Of a stretch of 64,000 nt of DNA, positions 50,486-63,119 are shown piece by piece. Source of the stretch: Leucoraja ocellata (Eukaryota); contig JAWMAR010000175.1 in the NCBI GenBank assembly GCA_036785375.1, positions 2,604,001 to 2,668,000 of the forward strand, given 5' to 3'. Positions within the stretch are counted from its first letter, which is position 1. Each line of letters starts with the position of its first letter. Made by a program: the position numbers and the translations under genes. A model generated the notes under the pieces. The model was not told the DNA's origin and made no database searches. It worked only from the letters and a program-made list of their open reading frames with translations.

Positions 50486-51271
50486 CAGGTTAGGCCAGCA
50501 TTTATTGCCCAACCCCAATTTCCACAGTACATAGAACCGTACAGGAGCAAGTTCTTCAGCCCACAATGTCTGTGTAAAACACAATGCCAAGTTAAACAAA
50601 TCTCTTCTGGCTGCATGTGATCATTTCCATCTATCCCCTGTATATCCATGTGCTCATCCAAACGTGTCTTAAATATGACTATTGTGTCTGCCCCCACCAC
50701 TACCCCTAACAGCACTTTCCAGGCACTCGCCGCGCTCTCTTTTTAAAACTTGTCCCACACATCTTCTTTAAACTTTGCCCCCATCATCTTAAAGCTGCGC
50801 CTCGAGTATTTGATATTTCCATTCTGAGAAAAGGTTCTGTCTACCATCCACTTGTCTACCCCAGTCAGGATGTTTATGTGCTGGTTAGGCATAATCAATG
50901 GCGATGCCCATGTAATTGTTGGTGGGGGATGTGGCAGAGCTAATTCTGAGATGATCATGGTTCAGTCTTCTCCAAGATCTATTTAAGAAAGAACTGCTGA
51001 TGCTGGAAACATCAGAGGTAGACAAAAAATGCTGAAGAAACTCAGCGGGTGAGGCAGCATCTGCGGAGAGAAGGAATAGGCGACGTTTCAGGTCAAGACC
51101 TTTCATCAGACTGATGTGGGGGTGGGGGCGGGAAAAAGAAAAAGGCGGAGACAGTGGGACTAGAAGGTGAGCTGGGAAGGGAGAGGGGAAGGAGGAAGAA
51201 GTCAAGGGCTATCTAAAATTAGAGAAGTCAATGTTGATACTGCTGGGGTGTAGACTACACAAGCAAAATAC

Positions 51272-52718
51272 CCAAGCTTGTCTCCTCACTACATTTACTG
51301 CTGGCTCGTCACAAATCTGAGTTTTTGAGTGATCTGTGCAAGGCATTCATTGATGCTGGAATTCCACTGCGGAAATTGGAAAACAAATCTCTCAGAGGTA
51401 TTTTAGAGAAATACACAGAGGAACATATACTGAGCGAGTCATCATTACGGAAAAATTATGTTGACGGCAACTTGAACATTGTTGTGCAGAAAATTAGAGT
51501 TTAAGTTGCATGCAACAAAATATGGATCTCAATAGACGAGACATCCGATGCTGTGGGGAGATATGTTGCCAATGTGGTCATCGGTACACTGGAGGCAGGT
51601 CAACCATCAAAGGAGTATTTGTTGACATTGGAAGTATTGGAGAAGTCAAACAGCTCAACGATTGCTCAGTTGTTTACATCATCACTTGCTGTACTTTTGC
51701 CAGAAGGTATAAAACATGAGAATATTCTTGTTTTTGACTGATGCAGCTCCGTATATGACAAAAGCTGCTCATGCTCTCAGTTTTAATCCCCAAAATGTTG
51801 CATTTGACATGCTTAGCTCAAGGACAATAGAATTGCCAAGCGCATACGTAGCTTGCTTCCAAATGTCGATCACCTAGTTTCCAATGTCAAGAAAATCTTC
51901 CTACAAGCATTGTCACGTGTGCAGTTGTTCAAGGAAATGGCACCCGAGATTCTGCTACCTCCTCAGCCCGTTTTGACTAGGTGGGGCACATGGCTCTCTG
52001 CTGTACTCTATGTTGCAAATTTTGAAAAGATAAAATAAATCGTCAACTGTTTTGAAGAAGAAGAATCTGCTGCAGTCAAGATCGTCAGTGAAATCATGCA
52101 GAAAAAGCCCATCCACCGCGATCTTGTTTATTTGCTTCCAATTTTACAAACTTCCCAAAGCTATCACTTCCCCTGAGAAACGTGGCGAAACATTAGTGAA
52201 TAACTTGCAGGTTTTCAACAAAGTAACTGACGATATTCGTAAAATTCCTGGCGATGTAAGTAAAGACATCACAAGGAAAATGTGAGAGAGTGATATTAGC
52301 TAACAAAGATCTTGAAGAAATACAAAACATAACTAAAGTTCTCAAAGGTAATTGTAATGCACAAGGTATCAACATGAATATAGAGTGCGTAGCTTGTTTC
52401 GGGTATGCACCAGTGACCTCAGCTGAGGTAGAAATACGTTTTTCACAACTGAAGCATATTCTGTCTCTCAGACGGCATAGTTTAACACCAGATAATTTGA
52501 AAAAACTGCTAGTAATTAGGTGCAACCAGGCAACATTGGTCATTTAATGTAGTATACCTTTATATTATCATTTTTAACCATATTTTTGTGGTGGAAATAC
52601 ATGCTTCTTTGCCTTTTTTCTCTCAATAGATGCCTTTCTCGTGCCTTTTTTGTAACTTTATTATGCCTTTTTGCCTGCCTATTTCAGAGTTTTTTAGCAC
52701 CTAAACATCCTGGCTCTA
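51272..52718 (+). pseudogene. Decayed hAT-superfamily transposase (CGGBP/DUF659-like type)
   Basis: Across frameshifts: [85 protein letters not shown] (hAT dimerization motif). Confidence 0.85.
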
Positions 52719-53454
52719 GTTATGATTGTCATGGCTGGTGTCGATCCTTGCAACCCCTAGATGTTGCTGAAGTTCCACAGGAATAAATTACTCATTACTA
52801 ATCCTCCTTTCTTGAACCACTGTTTTGCTTCTGTTGACATTCTCAAAGAGTAGATGGCTAGGATGCTCCTGGAATTGGTGATAGCTCCAAGTGAACAACT
52901 TGAGAGATGGTTGTATTCCCATCTGGCCCCTTTGTCCTTGTCAGCAGTGGAAGCCCGTGATGTCACGTTAGCAATGTACGAGCTAAGAGTAAATAATAAA
53001 ACACGTAATCTGCTTATTGCTAGGTTCATCATGAAGAGACACAAAAGAGACTGCAGATGCAGAAATCTAGAGTAACAAACAATCTGCTGGAGGAACTCCC
53101 AGCTCTCCCATCAATCAATTGTCATTCGCCTTTCGCTACTTTTTTCTGACTCATAATTGACAAAAGCAGTAAAATCTCTTGGCTGCAATTCTTCTGATAA
53201 TCAATACTGACTTTGTCCTTAAATAGCTGCGCATCATCTGTAAATGTGATTCACTTAATTTCCAATGTGTTGCCCATATTGCTTCATCTGCCGCAATTTA
53301 ATGCAGTGCTTTTCAGAAGATGCAGCGAATTCATCATAATTGTCCAGAACATATACAATGGGTTAATTTATAAAAAATGCATTAATTATTTGAACTAGTT
53401 AATTGCTATAAACTGTAGCAGTAGGTCACTCCACTGATCTATCCACCATCCTGA

Positions 53455-54400
53455 GGTAGACACAAAATGCTGGAGTAACACAGCGGAAGCCGGCAGCATC
53501 TCTGGGGAGAAGGAATGGTGACGTTTCGGGTCGAGACCCTTCTTCAGACTGATGTCAGGGGAGTGAGCGGGATAGAGATAGAACGTAGTTGGAGACAGTA
53601 AGACTGGTGGGAGAACTGGGAAGGGGGAGCAGATGGAGAGAGAGGGAAAGCAAGGGCTATTTGAAGTTGGAGAAGTCAATGTTCATACCTCTGGGGTGCA
53701 AACTACCCATGCGAAATATGAGGTGCTGTTCCCCCAATTTGCGCTGGGCCTCACTCTGACAATGGAGGAGGCCCAGGACAAAAAGGTCAGATTGGGAAAG
53801 GGACGGGGTGTTAAAATGCTGAGCAACCAGGAGATCAGGTAAGTTAAGGCGGACTGAGCGGAGGTGTTCGACGAAACGATCGCCGAGCCTGCGCTTAGAC
53901 TCGCCGATGTACAGGAGTTGACACCCGAAACAGCGGATACAGTAGATGAAATTGGAGGAGGTGCAAGTGAACCTCTGCCTCACCTGGAAAGACTGTCGGG
54001 GTCCTTGGATGGATGCAAGGGGGAAAAGGTAAAGGGACAGGTGTTGCATCTCCTGAGGTTGATGGGGAAAGTACCTTGTGGTTTGGGTGGGAAGAGACGA
54101 GTTGACCAGGGAGTTGCGGAGGGAACTATCTCTGCGGAAAGCAGAATGGGGTGGAGATGTGGCTAATATTGGGATCCAGTTGGAGGTGGCGAAAATATTG
54201 GAAGATTATATGCTGTGTGTGACGGCTGATGGGGTGGAAGGTTAGGACAAGGGTCTCTGTCCTTGTTATGAATGGGGAAGGGGGAGCAAGAGTGGAGCTG
54301 AGGGATATCGAGGAGACCCTAATGAGAGCCTCATCTATAATGGAAGAGTGGAATCCCCGTTTCCTAAAGAACGCGGACATCTCCAATGACCTGGTATACC
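53455..54400 (-). mobile_element. Penelope-like element 3' part (GIY-YIG + pseudo-LTR with hammerhead)
   Basis: ORF 53657-54049(-) FTCTSSNFIYCIRC..C.LLYIGESKRRLGDRF.EH; hammerhead motif at 53520-53547. Confidence 0.88.
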
Positions 54401-54939
54401 ATTCTGATCTCTTTCCCAATTTTTTTTTCTTTTCTTTGAAAAGTTCTGATCCACATATACTTTGAACTCTGACTTTTCAACCTGTAAATAAACGTTTTTT
54501 TAAAGCTTTGTGGGCTAGCCATGTACTTTTGTAATTTCCTCATAAAATAGAGGAAGTTGATCAGGAATGAATATTTGCGATGTATTTTGATTCAACTAAA
54601 TGTACATTTTTAAGTGTTCTCAATTAATTAATTTCAAGATATCCATACTGTACGACTGGAGACTGCAGGTGCTGAAATCTGGAGCAAAAATAAACTACTG
54701 GAGGAATTCAACGGAGTAAGCAGCATCAGTGCGGGCAACAGAATGGTTTCAGGTTATGATTCCGCATCAGGATTGATAGTGGAGAGGGAAGATAGCCGGG
54801 ATAAGGAAATGGGATGAAGGGGCCAGACTGGAGCCGGTAAGTGATAAGCATAATTAGAAGAGGTGGTCTTAAATGATAAGCAGATGGAGTCAGCTGGGAA
54901 AGGGGTAGTGACACAGGATGGAAGGTGACAGTCAGTTCT

Positions 54940-55745
54940 TTCTACTTTTTTTTTTAGTATGTCCTAATGTGGGTTTTTAATGTTTCTTTGTGTGTCTTGT
55001 GTGGGGGGTGGTAAGGGGGAAACCGCTTTGGTCGCCTCCTCCACGGAGAGGCGACATTTTCCATGTCGCCTCCCCCGTGGCCTAACAGCAAGGATCGGTG
55101 CGGCCTTTCCCGGAGACGCGCCTGGGGCTTCAGCGGCGGGCGCAGCGCGGATTTTCGGTGGGGAGCGCTCTGTTCGCTGGCCCGCGGCAGCCTGAGCCAG
55201 GGTCTGCAGAGCTCCAGCTGGTGCAGCGTCCTTGGACTGGGATCCTTCGTTGGGGACCCGGGGGGGAGAAGCTCCGAATGCCGGCCCGTGGCCTACTTCT
55301 ACCGCAGGCGCGGCGTGGACTTACCATCAGGAGCGGGATCCCTCGCCGGGGATCCCTGAAGGGGAGCTTCGACTGCCGGCCCTGCAGTCTGCGGTGCTTC
55401 TGGCTGCGGCGCGGCGGGAACATTAAATCTCCGACCGCTGGCCTACACCAACCTGAAGCCGCGGTCTCCGGTGGGGAGGCAGATTCAGGACTTACCTGGA
55501 CTTTTTACCTTGTCTGCACATCTGGACGCCCGCAGCGATGACTGCGGAGAGTTGAGGTCCCGACCACGGGGGAAAATGGAGCAGGACTGGCCAAATTTTG
55601 TGCCTTCAACCACAGAGATGAATGCTGTGGTGGATGTTAGTGTTACATTTTTAGTTTGTTTTTGTGTGTTCTTTTTCATTGTACCACTGCTGGCAAATTC
55701 ATTTCACTTGCACTTTATGTGCATGTGATGAATATAACTGATTGT
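54940..55745 (+). mobile_element. GC-rich non-autonomous retroposon, copy D
   Basis: T-rich stretch, GGGGGAAAC, hairpin at 55048-55072, GC-rich body, CCACAG..CTGTGG hairpin and a Rex1-like 3' end. Confidence 0.68.
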
Positions 55746-57419
55746 TGTAGAGGAATGATGGACAGATGGAACAGACAGGCAGGGGACAGGAAAGGCTAGG
55801 AGAGAGAAGAAATCCAGGTGGAAAGGTGTGTGGCTGATGGGTGAATTAAAATATGAAAGTTGAACAAAAGGAGAGAGAACCTAAGTGGATCGGGGGTATT
55901 GGTTCCCAGAAACTGTAAGCATTAATGTTCATGCCATTGGATTGTACGCTACCAAAGTGGAATCTGAGACGTTGGTCTTCTGAAATAAGACTAATAAACA
56001 TAGAACAGTGCAGCACAGGGACAGGCACTTCAGACCACAATGTCCGTGCCGAACATAATGCCAAGTTAAATGAATCTCCTTCACCTCTTCTAATTCTCAC
56101 ATATCCCCTTTAAACTTTGCCCCTCTATATCTTAAAGTTGAGCCTTCCAGTCTTTAACATTTCCACCCTGTGAAAAAGTTTATATTTATCCTTCTCAATG
56201 TTATATATTTCTCTCAGGATGTATTCTTCTATAGGTTTCTATTTGCCAGGATTAGATTTATTATTGCTCTTGGCGATGATTTTACCCGAGAGCTAATTCA
56301 CGATAACTGTTCAGTGTTAGAGCTTACTCACAACTGTCACCAGATCATGAATCTCAGCGGTTTTGTTTAGCATCCAGCAATAAATTTTGCATATAATCAA
56401 TAGGTTTTGCTTTGTCTTTTAACCTATCTGCCACATCCACTTTGTTAATAATGAAGTTCGTAAACATGACTGTGTTATCCCTGTGTATTGTTGGAATATT
56501 GCAGAGGGAAAGATCCTCAAGTTTCTTCACTGCAAACCATGTTTTCACAAAGCTGAAGAAACTCTGAGGCAATTTATCCCATTGTATTCGCAAAGAAATA
56601 ATTTATATTTATTCAATTACTGCTGACCTATCATAGCCTTTCACTTCTTGAGCAGCTTCTGCAATCCATCTAGCAAAAATACTCGGCACATTGCTCTAAG
56701 GAAGGGGCTTTCCACGATTTAGCTCAGTCATGATGAATTGAGGTATTTTTCCTGATCAATAATTATCACACCACTTATCACATTCTATCCTGTCTCTAAC
56801 CCAAACCTTATCTTCTCCCTTCGCTTTCTCCACCTGACTATCAACTCTTCATCCCCTATCTCACCTGATTATACCTTACCCACTGGCCTTTGTCTCACCC
56901 TTTCCACTCACCATGCAAGATGCCACCAGAACATGGCAACTATTTGTGTAGAAAGGAACTGTAGATGCTGCTTTACACCAAAGATAGACACAGAATGCTG
57001 GAGTAACTCACTGGGACAGCAAGCATCTCTGGAGAGAAGGAATGGGTGATGTTTCAGCTTAAAACCCTTCTTCAAAGTTATGTACTGTATGCAAAGGCTG
57101 ATGGGGTGAAAAGTGAGGACAAAGGGGATTGTTGCGACAAGGGGGAGGGGGAGCAAGAGCGGAGCTGTGGGATACTCCAGCATTTTGTGTCTATCTTTGG
57201 TGGCAACTCTTTCCATGCTCTTCCCAGAGAAGGATCTACTATTATGTGATACAATCACCCCTCTCTTTTCCCCTTTGCTCTACTTATTGCACTCGAGTTT
57301 GACTTGATTGTATTTATGTATAGTATATCAGATCTGAGTGTATAGAATGCAATACAAAGCATTCCACTGTACTTCGGTTGATGTGACAATAATAAGCCTA
57401 AACCAACTCTTCATATTGA

Positions 57420-57620
57420 CTATCTTCCCTCACCTCTCTCAGTCCTGGTTGCAGGGTCGCGACCTGAAACACCGATCAGATCTGTTGTCCTCAACAGAGG
57501 CCTCAACTTCATTCCCCTCCGTCCCCACCTCAACGAGTTCCGGGTCCGCAATGAGGTAGAGTTTTTCTTCTGTCGCCTGCACCTTTGTGCCTTTTTTTTT
57601 ATGGGAAGGAGTCCTCACCA
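57420..57620 (+). mobile_element. Penelope-like ORF N-terminal fragment (continues at ~63120)
   Basis: LNRGLNFIPLRPHLNEFRVR..VE.FF.RL.L.AFF. Confidence 0.7.
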
Positions 57621-57649
57621 CTGAGTCTTCTTCGTCTTGTGTATGGCGT

Positions 57650-59330
57650 TCTGAACATCTCCTCTTATGTACTTCACCAGAAATCGTAAGCGCTCCTTTT
57701 CATCCATAACTTTTGTTTCTAATACGTCTTCTAATGCCCTTAGGAAAGCTATATACTGCAAAGGATCTCCATCATATGTAGGAATTTCTGCTGATGGTAG
57801 AATGAGAGAGGTATTTTGTCGAGCTATGAATTCAGCTTGACTTTTCACCAATGCCAATAATCTATCATTGTGCGACAGAGGTTTACCTGCATCTCTTCCA
57901 ACCTCATCTATTGCGTCCGCTGCTCTAGATGTCAGCAGATCTATATCGGTGAGACCAAGCGGAGGTTGGGCGATCGTTTCGCCGAACACCTCCGCTCGGT
58001 CCACAATAACCAAGCTGACCTCCCGGTGGCTCAGCACTTCAACTCCCCCTCCCACTCCGTCTCCGACCTCTCTGTCCTGGGTCTCCTCCATGGCCACAGC
58101 GAGCAGCACCGGAAATTGGAGGAACAGCACCTCATATTCCGTTTGGGGAGTCTGCATCCCGGGGGCATGAACATCGAATTCTCCCAATTTTGTTAGTCCT
58201 TGCTGTCTCCTCCCCTTCCTCAGCCCCCCTGCTGTCTCCTCCCATCCCCCAGCCTTCGGGCTCCTCCTCCTTTTCCCTTTCTTGTCCCCACCCACCCCCG
58301 CCCCTGATCAGTCTGAAGAAGGGTTTCGGCCCGAAACGTTGCCTATTTCCTTCGCTCCATAGATGCTGCTGCACCCGCTGAGTTTCTCCAGCTTTTTTGT
58401 GTAACCATCTATCCAGATAACCTTAGCTTGGCTCCACCTGTTGATAAACAGGCCTCTGTGACTCAAATTGGCCTGTTCGAGCCTGTGCATCAGGCCTTGG
58501 AAAAGCGTGGTCCACTATTGGTTTGTCTTGAGCATCCACAGACGCTCTATTAGTAGTTTGTTTTGATTTAGCACTCATTTGCTGATATGAAGTTTTACCC
58601 ATCTTACTCCAATGGGTTTTCAAAGCCATGAAATCCAGTGAACCCTGATTGTGGAATTGATCCAAATGCTGACTCAATTGGAGCAGTTTTTCCTCTTGGT
58701 CCAGAGCTCATCATCTTCGATAATCTACAGCTGCATCTCGAACCCTTTCTTTCCAGTATCTCCTTCTTTGCTTTGGCCACCGCCATCTTTGTGTCTAGTC
58801 CCAGTTGTTCCTTTCGTCGCCTCAGCTGCTCCTGCTGTCGCGTCATCTCTTCCTTTTGTCGTCTCATCTGTTCCTTTTGTCGCCTCATCTCCTCGCCTCA
58901 TCTCTTCTTCGTGCTCAATCTCATGTTTCATCTTCAAGGGCATTTGCTTCTATTGAGAGAGCGGCTAGATCAGCTTCAACTCCCAATCGAGCAGAAACCC
59001 TCGATACCGAACTGGCTGTAGAACCAGATTTATGTCCTGATGTTCGTGTAGATACTTTCAAGATATTATCTTGTGGTGTACTTTCATCTTCCATCCGGGC
59101 ATCTTGTTGTCTTGCACCTCCAGCTGTTAAACACGTCCTCTTCTTAATTTCCTTCAGGCAGGCAGGTTGTCCTTGTCTAAGCTTGACTTCGCCACCTTGT
59201 GGTTCCTCAGGCATGAAACCTTCATCTTCAGGTTCCACGATTTTAAAGAGGTCTTGGCAGATTGCCAAGTCTTTAAATTGAACGAACAAAGTCTTCTGTT
59301 GGTTGCTCTAATTCTATTTTGTCAACATTT
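57650..59330 (-). mobile_element. BEL/Pao LTR-retrotransposon gag relic, split by a Penelope insertion
   Basis: LP..EIPTYDGDPLQY..F.RA.E...E.K.....ERL.FL..Y.RG (DUF1759-like), preceded by the coiled-coil SAR..VEADLAAL...LDT.MA.AKAK..IL. No LTR seen. Confidence 0.75.
57868..58405 (+). mobile_element. Young Penelope-like 3' fragment (GIY-YIG + pseudo-LTR with hammerhead)
   Basis: Open ORF 57870-58196 QRFTCISSNLIYCVRCSRCQQIYIGETKRRLGDRFAEH...GMNIEFSQF; hammerhead at 58313-58340. Confidence 0.9.
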
Positions 59331-59729
59331 TCATCTGAACCATAACAAACTGAGATTGTTGCCAACATCTCTCAAACATCCATGGGCTTAAAGATGATGT
59401 AAATTCAGAAGGAATGTGTGTTATCAAGACTTCAAAATAAATGCAAGGTCGGTCGTCTTTCTCCAGATAGATTAGAAAAACACTTTTATGCTATCTTCCA
59501 AGCTAGTGGCTAGCTTTCTGGCTCTTCTTACAGAAACCGTTTAAAATTAAAGCTTTGCAGCTTCAAAATTCAAAAATAATAGTCGATTTTACTCACAATT
59601 TCTGATAATGTCTTCAGATAAGTCTCTTCGCTGTCGATAGACCTCGAGGCCATCTCCGGCTGAGATCTATTGTCTTTAATTCCTCGGCTGCAACCGGTCT
59701 TCTGGCGATTTTAGGCCGTGCCGGGCGAT

Positions 59730-60285
59730 TTACGGCCCCGCTCCCGGTCTAAAAGTCACAATGTTGGAGCCCCCGGCAGGCGCTGGAATGTCCCACGGCC
59801 ATGAACCCGTGCCGGGCAATATACGCGTTCCAACCCCGCGACACGGGCAGAGAAGTCGCGTTGCGGGAGCTCCGGGAAGCGGTCTCTCCCCCCGGACCCG
59901 CGAGCTCCCGATGTCCCAGTCCACCGGACCTGCAGCTGCGTTGCTGGAGCCTCAGAGCCCCAGGAGTCGAGTCGCAGCAGCGAGTCACCACCGCTCCCCA
60001 CGCTCCGAGGCCAGCCAGCCCCACGATGGTGAGTAGTCCGCAGCTCCACAGTCTCCCGAGCCCCAGGGTCGTTCAGGTTGGAGGCCGCTCCACGGTGCTA
60101 GGCCCCAATGACAACAGAGACCCGACAGGGAAAAGGTCGGGTCTCCCGGACAGGGAAGAGATTTTAAACAGTTTCCCCCTCCCCCCACATATACACATTT
60201 AAAACCAGTATTAAAAAAACACCAACACAACATTTAACTAGACAGGCTGTAGGGGCCGCTGCAACGGTTGAGTCGCGCCGCCAAC
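59730..60285 (-). mobile_element. GC-rich non-autonomous retroposon, copy E (3' end not seen)
   Basis: Head GGCGGCGCGACTC..GCAGCGGCCCCTACAGCCTGTC and a hairpin at 60117-60145, both nearly the same as in copy B. Confidence 0.7.
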
Positions 60286-60759
60286 ACGACTTAATGTAGC
60301 AGCAGATTTTTATATCGTTCAAAAGATTACTCAATCTAGCCGTTAAGTGGACTACATGGTTAAGGGGAATGTCGTTATATGCATGCGAGCTCTCCGTCAG
60401 AGACCTTCGGAGCTTCTTCCCAGATAAATCTTCATAACACAGCCTTTTGATTAATAAATTCTTTATTGTTGATGAAAAACGATAAGGTATACATCCAACC
60501 TTCTTCCGACTCATACACTATAATCTTCATCGAACACCAGCATATCGCTTTAAACGTTAGAAAGCTCCTTGAGTCACCGTTACACTATGCATGGTCAAAG
60601 GGTATGCCTTCTCCATGCTGGTCCAAAACTAAACTAAAAACTAAGCTTCTGCGCAAGAAACTTAAGTGCAAACACACCCCAATATACGTCATAAATCCCA
60701 CCCAAAATATAACGGGCAGTCTAAAATTTAAAGACACATGCCATAATTAATGACACACA

Positions 60760-60885
60760 AAACAAGCCAAATGGCCACTATACTCACGACCATTAAGGCG
60801 ACTCCACAGCAACCACCCGCGAACATGTGGCGACTGCGTAGTCTCCTGCAGTCGTCTAAAAAGTCGCCTAAGTGGGACAGGTCCA
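60760..60885. mobile_element. Truncated Harbinger-like MITE
   Basis: Right TIR AAGTGGGACAGGTCCA followed by TTA; interior similar to 4002-4179. Confidence 0.55.
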
Positions 60886-61009
60886 TTAAGCGTCCCTGTG
60901 ATGACCCACATTGCAGAGTTAAGGACAGTGTCAACTTGTTTGGTGTGGCAGCTATTAGCCCAAGCTGTTGAACAAGCTTGGTGACTTGGAGAGGTTGGGT
61001 GAGTTGGCA

Positions 61010-61815
61010 GATGCATGGGAAATGCAGTTTAACGTGGATAAATGTGAGGTTATCCACTTGGGTAGCAAAAACAGGAAGATTATTATCTAAATGGTGTCAA
61101 GTTGGGAAAAGGGGAAGTACAACGGGATCTGGGGGTCCTTGTTCATCAGTCAATGAAAATAAGCATGCAGGTACAGCAGGCAGTGAAGAAAGCGAATGGC
61201 ATGTTGGCCTTCATAACACGAGGAGTTGAGTATAGGAGCGAAGAGGTCCTTCTGCAGTTGTACAGGGCCCTAGTGAGATCACACCTGGAGTATTGTGTGC
61301 AGTCTTGGTCTCCAAATTTGAGGAAGTGCTATCGACGGAGTGCAGCATAGGTTCACAAGATTAATTCCCGGGATGGCGGGACTGTCATATGCTGAGAGAA
61401 TGGAGCGGCTGGGCTTGTATACTCTGGAATTTAGAAGGATGAGAGGGATTCTTTTTGATTATAAGATTATTAAGGGTTTGGACATGCTGGAGGCAGGAAA
61501 CAAGTTCCCGATGTTGGGGGAGTCCAGAACCAGGGGCCACAGCCTAAGAATAAGGGGTAAGGCATTTAGAACAGAGATGAGAAAACACTTTTGATTTGTG
61601 AGTCTGTGGAATTTTCTGCCTCAAAGAGGGTGGTGGAGGCCGATTCTTTGGATACTTTCAAAAGAGCTAGATAGGGCTGTTTAAGGTAGCGGAGTCAGGA
61701 GATATGGGGAGAATGCAGGGACGGGGTACTGATCGTGGATGATCAGCCATGATCACATTGAATGGCGGTGCTGGCTTGAAGGGTCGTATGGCCTACTCCT
61801 GAACCTATTGTCTAT
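61010..61815 (+). mobile_element. CR1-like LINE 3' fragment
   Basis: EVQRDLGVLVH...QAVKKANGMLAFI.RG.EYRS..VLLQLYRALVR.HLEYCVQ.WSP. Confidence 0.9.
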
Positions 61816-61919
61816 TTAAACGGCTATTGAGTAGACTAGGGCTAAGCTTGCTGTACGGAAGGTGTGTGCATTTGATCCCCAGCTGTTGCTTGTATGTTTA
61901 CTAATGATGTTGACCCTTA

Positions 61920-62470
61920 GAAACATAGAATATAGGTGCTGGAGGAGGCCATTTGGCCCTTCAAGCCAGCACCGCCATTCATTGTCATCATGGCTGATCG
62001 TCCCCAATCAATAACCCCTGCCTGCCTTCTCCCCATATCCCTTGATTTCACTAGTCCCTAGAGCTTCATCTAACTCTCTTAAATCCATCCAGTGACTTTG
62101 CCTCCACTGCCCTCTGTGGCAGGGAATTCCACAATTTCACAACTCTGGGTGAAGACTTTTTTTCTTACCTCCGTCTTAAATGGCCTCCCCTTTATTCTAA
62201 GACTGTGCCCTCTGGTTCTGGACTCGCCCAACATTGGGAACATTTTTCCTGCATCTAGTTTGTCCAGTCCTTTTATAATTTTATATAATCCTATAAGATA
62301 CCCCCAGTGAATACAAGCCTAGTCTTTTCAATCTTTCCTCATATGACAGTCCCGCCATCCCAGGGATTAATCTTGTGAACCTACTCTGCACTGCCTCAAT
62401 CACAGGGATGTCTTTCCTCAAATTAGGAGACCAAAATTGTGCACAATACTCCAGATACTCCAAGGACCCT
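61920..62470 (-). mobile_element. CR1-like LINE 3' fragment
   Basis: LEYCAQFWSPNLRKDI..IEAVQ.RFTRLIPGMAGLSYEERL; (TTCTATGT)-like tail. Confidence 0.88.
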
Positions 62471-63119
62471 AGACCCCTTGCTTTCAGTTTATCAGCCACC
62501 CTCTTCAGGTGTTCATGATAGGTAAGGGTGCGAACCAGGGTGACTCCGAGGTACTTGGGGAATTCTTCATTCTTCACCGGCTTACCAGAAAAGAACACTA
62601 GGAGCTTTGCATTGGGTAACAGTTGGCTTTGATGGGCTAGGGTGAAATTGCCAGAAGGCACCGTACTCCTCCATCCCCTTCAAGTCTTGGGTTAGCACTC
62701 TGCTGATAATCTCAGGGGCAGCTCCCTGGTAGGCAAGGGCAAGGTCATCTGCATGTGCAAACTTCCTGGATGAGGTAGTTGGCATGTCACTCACAGAAAT
62801 GTTGAAGAGTGGGGGAGCTAGGACAGAGCCCTGGGGGAGAACATCATTCAGGGTCCTGACAGAGCTGGTCTGGTTCCCAAGCGAGACCGTAAATCTACGG
62901 TTGCTGAGGATGGATGCATGGTGGTTTGGCACTTCAAGATGGGAGATTGTAACCTCCACGTGTTCCACCCTGTTTCCACAAATGCAATCAACCCGACGTG
63001 CACAAACAAATAGATGCAGTGTGTTTTTGTCACTTTTGACCATGCCACTAGTGACTCGTAACCCAAACGGGCCATTCCCAGGCCCTAAACTCCTGCAGCA
63101 TCGGGAAATCTCTACCAAC

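Larger units (their letters stand above)
60890..62890 (-). mobile_element. Second Vingi/Ingi-like LINE, fragmented by two CR1 insertions
   Basis: LPQGSVLAP.LFN...HADDLAL (62600-62890), YLGVTL.RTLTY.EHL (~62480-62580), NII.K....WG....RTASLALVYS (61815-61915) and W..S.HTK.VDT.LNSAM..ITGTL (60890-60990). Confidence 0.75.

Noticed and set aside
57615-58295. 226-aa ORF suggesting a novel fusion protein
   Set aside because: It is a chance read-through from the antisense strand of an inserted Penelope into BEL gag.
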